Shown one piece after another: positions 48,063 through 53,649 of a stretch of DNA of 53,649 bases. The notes below the pieces were generated by a model. It was not told where the DNA came from, made no database searches, and saw only the letters and a list, made by a program, of their open reading frames with translations. The DNA is from an uncultured Ruminococcus sp. (GTDB lineage Bacteria > Bacillota > Clostridia > Oscillospirales > Ruminococcaceae): assembly GCA_937872775.1 (NCBI GenBank), contig CALMUA010000216.1, positions 1 through 53,649 on the forward strand, read 5' to 3'. Position 1 is the stretch's first letter, and each line of letters starts with the position of its first letter. Both the position numbers and the translations under genes were made by a program.

Positions 48063-50432
48063 TTATGCTATTGGTCCCAGTATTATAGGATCCTTCATGA
48101 TATATTGTTTTAAATGAGGAAGATCAGGCAGTGAAACTGTTCCATCACCATTTACATCTCCGAGCTCTTTCTGTTCATAAGTGAAAGTAGCATCGCCTAA
48201 AAAGTATAATGACAGTAATGTAAGATCTGAAATGTCAACTTTTTTATCTCCGGTTACATCACCATAAATCTTTGGGTCTGTAGATATGGGATTTTCAGAT
48301 GATGTAGTTTTTTCAGTTACCTTAGAAGTTGTGGTTTTTTCTGTAGCTTTAGTAGTTGTAGTTTTTTCAGGTGCCTTGGTAGTTGTAGTTTTTTCAGTTA
48401 CTCTAGTAGTTGTGGTTTTTTCAGTAGCCTTAGTAGTTCCAGTTTTCTCAGTAACTTTTGTTGTAGAAGGTCTTTCGGTAACAGTTGGAATAGTTGCCTT
48501 TGTTCCGTCAGGCTCACAACCGAAAACAAGTTCTCCGTTATAGTAAACAGGGATATTTTCAGCCATTATAGGAGATTCACCGAGTCCTTTATTTGAAAAG
48601 TCATTTGTTGCATCCCATCCGCTGCCGTAGTTAGGGAATACGAATGCTAATAAGAATTCACACTGATGTCTTCCTTCTGAAATAGGCAATGCTATTTTAC
48701 CATCAGGCATAGATACTTCAACATAATAAATGTTTCCGTCATATTGTTTAAGTTCTGAAATAACAGCCGGTTTGCTGTCACTGTACATAGTACTCTGGTT
48801 TCTGTCACATCTTACAACAACATCAGATGCAGAATATCCAGCTTTTATAACCTCTGAAATATCAATATAATAACGGAATGACATATTGTCCTGAATTCTT
48901 GCCGGCCATGCTGTGTGGTTAGTAAACTTAAGGCTTACTGTTGATCCTGAGGCATCATTGGTTTTTGCTGTGGCATCAACATAATATTCAGGAGTTCTCT
49001 GTTCAGGCACAGGGAAGCTAGAATCTGTTTTTCCGCCGTACTCGGATATCATTTTGCAAAGAAGTGCTGTATATCCTGCATTATAGTCTGTAGCAACCTC
49101 ATTGTTCATAAAGTTTCCACGGTCATCTTCATATGAACCGTCACTTAAAGGACCACCGACGAGGGCACCATAAAGGATATGACGTGACTCTGTAGGTACT
49201 TTAAGGTCATTTTTCCATGACCCATGAACTGTTCTGTGGTGAGGACATGTAGGTGATGATTCATCAAATCCTACCACATAACATCTGTTACTTGGGTTGT
49301 CGCCAAGTGAATAGTTTATCTGCTGTTCATAGAACTTTTTGTATGAATCCTTGTCAGGTGAATCCTTTAATATTGTATCACATGCAACAGAAGCTATAAA
49401 TCCCGCTGTTGTTGCATATCTGAGACAGCCCCATTCACTGAGCCATCTGAGACCGCCATCTATTTCCTTAACATCATTTGTCCAGTAAGAAACGTGTTTT
49501 TCAACCTGATTGATATATGTTTTATCCTGAGTATTTATTGCATAAAGCAACATACCACCCTGCTGAACGTCATCCCAGCATTGTGTCCAGGAATACTTAA
49601 GGTCACTTGTTCCGAGCTCTTTTCCGAGGTTTGGTATATATGATGTAGCTTTTTTAAGGTATGCCTGATCGCCTGTTGCTATATACAGCCAGTTTGCAGC
49701 CCAGAAAAGTTCGTCATAGAAATGACTTGAGCGGTAGAAGCCTGATGCGTCACTGCCGTTATAATCAGCATCGCTCTTTGATGTATCAGCAATTTTAAAG
49801 ATATTTTCAGCGTGCTCTATGTAGTTGTCTGTTTTGTCTGTTTTGTCTTTGAGTGCTACTGCACCGGCCGCAAGTGCTGCAGCCATTTCACCGCATACAG
49901 CTGATCCTGTGCCTGTGTAGTATGGTCTTTTGTAATATGAGCCTTCTACCATTGCATATTCGAGAAGTTCAGCAGGTCCCCACCATGTATGGTCTTCTGT
50001 TCCGTTTCCTACCTGAAAAACTACTTCATCTCCAAGGTCACAGTCTGCAAGATAATCAAGAGTGTATTCGAGGTTATTCTGGTATATTTCGTACTGGTCT
50101 ATCTGCTCAACAGCATCACCGTACATATAAAGACCCCATGAGAGCATTGCTGCTGAATATGCCATAGGAAGATTAAATTTTACATGGTCTCCGGCATCGT
50201 ACCATCCACCCTTGATATAATCATCCATTGTGCAGTTGCCCTTCCATTCAACACGGTTCCATTCAGGAAGTTCATTTGCCTGTTGACATTCATAAAAATA
50301 TAACGATTGCTGCAGTGCCTTAGCATAATTGATTGATTCAACAGCCTCTGCTGTTTCTGTTCCCGGTAATGCAGCAGTTACAGAAGTAAGCAGAACTGAA
50401 CATGCCAGTATTGAAGCTACTAGCTTTTTCAT
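48063..50432 (-). CDS. GH9 endoglucanase with CBM3c, repeat linker and dockerin (more divergent type)
   Basis: GGWYDAGDHVKFNLP, PHHRTVH, NEVATDYNAG; NHTAWPAR, FRYYIDISE; dockerin GDVTGDKKVDISD...GDVNGDGTVSLPD. Confidence 0.94.
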   Translation of the reverse strand: MKKLVASILACSVLLTSVTAALPGTETAEAVESINYAKALQQSLYFYECQQANELPEWNRVEWKGNCTMDDYIKGGWYDAGDHVKFNLPMAYSAAMLSWGLYMYGDAVEQIDQYEIYQNNLEYTLDYLADCDLGDEVVFQVGNGTEDHTWWGPAELLEYAMVEGSYYKRPYYTGTGSAVCGEMAAALAAGAVALKDKTDKTDNYIEHAENIFKIADTSKSDADYNGSDASGFYRSSHFYDELFWAANWLYIATGDQAYLKKATSYIPNLGKELGTSDLKYSWTQCWDDVQQGGMLLYAINTQDKTYINQVEKHVSYWTNDVKEIDGGLRWLSEWGCLRYATTAGFIASVACDTILKDSPDKDSYKKFYEQQINYSLGDNPSNRCYVVGFDESSPTCPHHRTVHGSWKNDLKVPTESRHILYGALVGGPLSDGSYEDDRGNFMNNEVATDYNAGYTALLCKMISEYGGKTDSSFPVPEQRTPEYYVDATAKTNDASGSTVSLKFTNHTAWPARIQDNMSFRYYIDISEVIKAGYSASDVVVRCDRNQSTMYSDSKPAVISELKQYDGNIYYVEVSMPDGKIALPISEGRHQCEFLLAFVFPNYGSGWDATNDFSNKGLGESPIMAENIPVYYNGELVFGCEPDGTKATIPTVTERPSTTKVTEKTGTTKATEKTTTTRVTEKTTTTKAPEKTTTTKATEKTTTSKVTEKTTSSENPISTDPKIYGDVTGDKKVDISDLTLLSLYFLGDATFTYEQKELGDVNGDGTVSLPDLPHLKQYIMKDPIILGPIA
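48306..48467 (-). repeat. Six imperfect 27-bp tandem units encoding a (TTTK[V/A]TEKT)-type linker
   Basis: Units begin at 48306, 48333, 48360, 48387, 48414, 48441. Confidence 0.9.
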
Positions 50433-50501
50433 TAAAATTCCTCCTTGTTATTTTACATAAAATAATAAATTTTCTTCTAAAAACTAAAACTATCTATTTA
50501 A

Positions 50502-50530
50502 ATTATCTCATTAAATATGCTGTTTGTCAA
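50502..50530 (-). promoter_or_regulatory. Putative sigma-A promoter of GH9 48063..50432
   Basis: Minus strand TTGACA -17- GATAAT with extended -10 TG. Confidence 0.62.
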
Positions 50531-50688
50531 GTATAAAATTGTTTAAAGAATAGTACAATATATCCAAAATATAAGCTTTTTGACCTGTGTACAAAAAGTA
50601 TTGATCACGTCAATAAAAATTATTGTATAGCAAAATATTGTACTAACAGAAAATTGTAGTGTATAATAAAATAAAATTTACTAAAAAT

Positions 50689-50759
50689 GTGTCCACATTT
50701 AATTTTGTAAATCGAATGTATTATATGAACAGGCAAAATAACATAACAAAGGGGGACAA
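50689..50759 (+). repeat. Upstream region of ECF sigma gene, copy 1
   Basis: 63 of 71 positions identical, ungapped, to 53538..53608; ends in the AAAGGGGG RBS. Confidence 0.92.
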
Positions 50760-50762
50760 AAA

Positions 50763-51323
50763 GTGAATGATGTGGAATGGAAATCGTTAATGCTGAATTC
50801 ACCTGAGCGTGGACGACGTGCATTAATAGATCAGTACGGAAGTTTAGTATATGCGATTGTTCTGAATAAGCTAAAGCATACTGCAGGACGAGAGGATATC
50901 GAGGACTGCGTAAGTGATGTTTTTGTTGAGATTTTTAAAAGTATTGGGGACTATAATACTTCAAACGGTTCACTTAAAGGATATATCAGCATAATTGCAA
51001 AACGTACTGCAATTGATACATACAGAAGGCTTGTAAATTATCATGGAAAGCACATTTCAATTGATGAAGGGGAAGAAGACTCTATAATATCAGATGATTT
51101 TTCAGTAGAGGACAATATAGAAAAGAAATCTGCAAGAGAACTTTTGTGGCAGAAAATCCGTTCGTTGGGAGAGCCTGATAAGACTATTATTATACAGCAG
51201 TTTTTTTATGATAAATCTGCAGAAGAAATATCAAAGCTTGTTTCAATGACAACGGCTGCAGTTCATAAAAGAAGCATAAGAGCACGACAATACCTTAAAA
51301 AAATTCTGATACAAGAAATATAA
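50763..51323 (+). CDS. ECF sigma-70 family RNA polymerase sigma factor
   Basis: 186 aa; region 2 EDIEDCVSDVF...SLKGYISIIAKRTAID; region 4 EEISKLVSMTTAAVHKRSIRARQYLK; GTG start. Confidence 0.92.
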   Translation: MNDVEWKSLMLNSPERGRRALIDQYGSLVYAIVLNKLKHTAGREDIEDCVSDVFVEIFKSIGDYNTSNGSLKGYISIIAKRTAIDTYRRLVNYHGKHISIDEGEEDSIISDDFSVEDNIEKKSARELLWQKIRSLGEPDKTIIIQQFFYDKSAEEISKLVSMTTAAVHKRSIRARQYLKKILIQEI

Positions 51324-51343
51324 AAAAGAAAGGGTGTTAAGCT

Positions 51344-53311
51344 TTGAACAACAAAAACAATAATGACGGATTGCCGGATTTATATATGATGAGTGATAAA
51401 ACCGTAGAAGAAATATCAGAGTGCTCACAAGGCCTTGATGAGGCAGCAAAAGAGAGAATATTAAAACTCTGTGAAAAGAAGCTGGGTATATTGGAAAACT
51501 CAGAAGGCAGTGATAAATCAGAAAAAGAAGCAGAAGTAAAAAAATATACGGCTCCTAAATGGCACAGAACAGCATTTGCAGCAGCTGCATGTCTGCTTCT
51601 TGTCACAGGTTTAGTACTTATAAATAACAATATAAAAACACCAGATCCGGACACCAAAAATCCTGTTGTAACATCCCAGCGTGAGGAAACTACGGAGACA
51701 TCAGTATCTCAGGCAACTGAAAATACAGAAACGGATAAAGCGGACACAGATTATGTTGAGAAATATAGAAAAATTGTAGAAGAAATGGTGTTAAAATATG
51801 AGCAAATCCAAAACGTTCTGACAGGCACTGGGGAGAAACGTGCAATAACGGATTACAGTGATGAGTACTCTTTAAACGGAATGACTTATTATAAGGTTTC
51901 AGATCCCAGATTTTCAACTAAACAGGATATATATGCGTTTGTTGAAAGTGTATATCCAAAAACAGATGTAGAAGAATGGTATAGTATAAATATTGAATAT
52001 AACTTTTTAGAAAAAGACAGAAAGCTATATGTGCTACAACAAGAATACGGAAAAGAATGGCTCTTTGATGGATGGTCAGATATACCTGCAGAGATATCTG
52101 ATTATGGTGAGGATACGTTTACGGCAGTCAAGAAATATAAAATGGGTGATGAACAAACAGGAACTATAAAATTTATTTTTGTAAGATTAAATAATGAATG
52201 GAGAATAGTTGAGACAATTTTTGACTCTGATACTCGTGTGGATGATTATGATACTCAGGTTAATCGTGAATTTATAGATCATAATTTTAATTTAAATGTA
52301 GATAAAATTTCTGCACAAGATATATATGAGTGCAGTCCGCCTTATAAAATGCCGGAAACAATAAACGGATGTACATATCGTGTTGAAGACATATTTAACA
52401 AGGAAAAAGTGTATGTAACTCTTATTTTAGATGGGGGTGAGAAACAGGTCGGAATATATGATTTTAAAAATAATTCTTATTCTGAAATAGTAAATATTAG
52501 ATCAAATGATTTAATAATGGAGTATTCAGACGATTATCTTATAATTAGAAATAATGATGATGTAGAATACTTGTATAATACCCCATCGTTATCGTATTAT
52601 GATATCAATAAAAAAACATTCGGGGTTATATATAAAGATATGACTTCAGTATATAATGGCGTTCAGATAAGTAATAATGTTCTTTTATATAATAATGTTG
52701 TTTATTTTGATGTATGTACACGATTTGAAACAGTGTCAGATAAGGATTTTGCTGTTTATAAGTTTGATCTTTTAACTGGTGAATTGACTCTTGTACGTGA
52801 AAATGCTTTAATACCTGTGCTTATAAAAGACTCTGTTGCAGCACTTATTACAAATCCGAAAACAGGGTTAGAGGATACGATACAAGTAATTGAAGGTAAT
52901 GATAGTTACAGTTATAATGTTGAAAAAAATATAGTTGGTATTGACGTCACAGACAATATTGTATATGAATCGTATTGGGATAAACCATGGTCTTCAATAA
53001 TAAAAAATCTTGAATCAGGTGAAAAAATATTAAGCCAGTATCCTAAATCAGAGCGTTCAATACAGATATCAGACTCAAACAATAATTTTATTGCTTTTTC
53101 AGATTATTCACATGAACAGATACCTTGTGTTTATGATATGAATCAGAATAAAATGGTTGAATTTGACAATATATCAGAAATCTTTAATAAAATATATGTA
53201 AAAGATGACTATGGTATAATAAGTAGCTTTTATTATAATACGGATATACAATACGAGGGTGCACCATTGACAGAAAAAGAAATAATATTGTTCCAGCCAA
53301 AAAATGACTAA
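51344..53311 (+). CDS. Putative single-pass anti-sigma factor with large extracellular region
   Basis: Directly after ECF gene; short cytoplasmic N-terminus, KWHRTAFAAAACLLLVTGLVLI TM, Thr/Glu linker, over 500 aa extracellular part. Confidence 0.75.
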   Translation: MNNKNNNDGLPDLYMMSDKTVEEISECSQGLDEAAKERILKLCEKKLGILENSEGSDKSEKEAEVKKYTAPKWHRTAFAAAACLLLVTGLVLINNNIKTPDPDTKNPVVTSQREETTETSVSQATENTETDKADTDYVEKYRKIVEEMVLKYEQIQNVLTGTGEKRAITDYSDEYSLNGMTYYKVSDPRFSTKQDIYAFVESVYPKTDVEEWYSINIEYNFLEKDRKLYVLQQEYGKEWLFDGWSDIPAEISDYGEDTFTAVKKYKMGDEQTGTIKFIFVRLNNEWRIVETIFDSDTRVDDYDTQVNREFIDHNFNLNVDKISAQDIYECSPPYKMPETINGCTYRVEDIFNKEKVYVTLILDGGEKQVGIYDFKNNSYSEIVNIRSNDLIMEYSDDYLIIRNNDDVEYLYNTPSLSYYDINKKTFGVIYKDMTSVYNGVQISNNVLLYNNVVYFDVCTRFETVSDKDFAVYKFDLLTGELTLVRENALIPVLIKDSVAALITNPKTGLEDTIQVIEGNDSYSYNVEKNIVGIDVTDNIVYESYWDKPWSSIIKNLESGEKILSQYPKSERSIQISDSNNNFIAFSDYSHEQIPCVYDMNQNKMVEFDNISEIFNKIYVKDDYGIISSFYYNTDIQYEGAPLTEKEIILFQPKND

Positions 53312-53384
53312 CACTAAGCATACTTATTATATATAAAACAGAATTATCCATTTGCAGATATAGAACAAAAGCTAAATACAAATA

Positions 53385-53445
53385 AAAGACGATCATATAA
53401 ACCGGTTTTCAATAGCTATAAAACCGTGAAAATATGGTTGTCTTT
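53385..53445 (+). terminator. Long imperfect hairpin after anti-sigma gene
   Basis: AAAGACGATCATAT / ATATGGTTGTCTTT outer stem (G-U pairs) and CGGTTTT / AAAACCG inner stem. Confidence 0.55.
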
Positions 53446-53537
53446 GTCTGTATACAAATATAATCGTTTAAAGATTTATTGTAAAAATTATTTCAAAATA
53501 GAATTATATAATGTATAATAAAATTTGTTAATAAAAA

Positions 53538-53608
53538 GTGTCCACATTTGATTTTATAGATTGAATGTACTATATGAAAAGGCAAGATAACATAAAAAAG
53601 GGGGACAA
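53538..53608 (+). repeat. Upstream region of ECF sigma gene, copy 2 (downstream gene lost at contig end)
   Basis: 63/71 identity to 50689..50759. Confidence 0.92.
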
Positions 53609-53612
53609 CAGA

Positions 53613-53649
53613 AGATCGGAAGAGCGTCGTGTAGGGAAAGAGTGTTCAG
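53613..53649 (+). other. Illumina TruSeq adapter read-through (artefact)
   Basis: Exact AGATCGGAAGAGCGTCGTGTAGGGAAAGAGTGT at 53613..53645, then 4 nt probably from the index. Confidence 0.98.

Noticed and set aside
277-53396. Many 60-150 aa alternative-frame and antisense ORFs in the track
   Set aside because: They overlap well-supported genes and lack recognisable motifs; recurring ones opposite GH9s (MISGIMH..., 336 and 3024) just mirror the conserved HDAGD codons.
1-53649. Scaffoldin or cohesin-containing gene
   Set aside because: No ORF shows repeated ~140-aa cohesin-like modules; 5799, 12741, 23538 and 45711 fit other architectures.
1-53649. CRISPR array, tRNA, rRNA, IS or prophage
   Set aside because: No spaced direct repeats, RNA gene signatures, transposase, integrase or phage genes recognised; tandem repeats are in-frame linkers.

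Overview
AT-rich chromosomal region of a cellulolytic Firmicute; gene content and dockerin style point to a Ruminococcus-like Clostridia member (inference). It holds ten dockerin-bearing genes: six GH9-CBM3c-dockerin endoglucanases, one GH48-dockerin exoglucanase, a dockerin-expansin, an InlB-B-repeat-dockerin protein and an Ala/Val-rich protein with an atypical dockerin. No cohesin/scaffoldin gene is visible. Interleaved are an 8-gene ATPase-less carbohydrate ABC cassette (giant binding protein, four permeases, NHL-, YIP1- and DUF5696-like genes), a GldA/F/G-DUF4340-like ABC cassette, envelope enzymes (two M15 D,D-carboxypeptidases, an amidase, an orphan fused BY-kinase), a housekeeping block (decarboxylase-holB-ricT, CIRCE-htpG) and an ECF sigma/anti-sigma pair whose upstream region recurs at the window end. 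The last ~37 nt are Illumina adapter. No rRNA, tRNA, CRISPR array or mobile element was recognised. All family calls are motif recognition by eye, not database searches.
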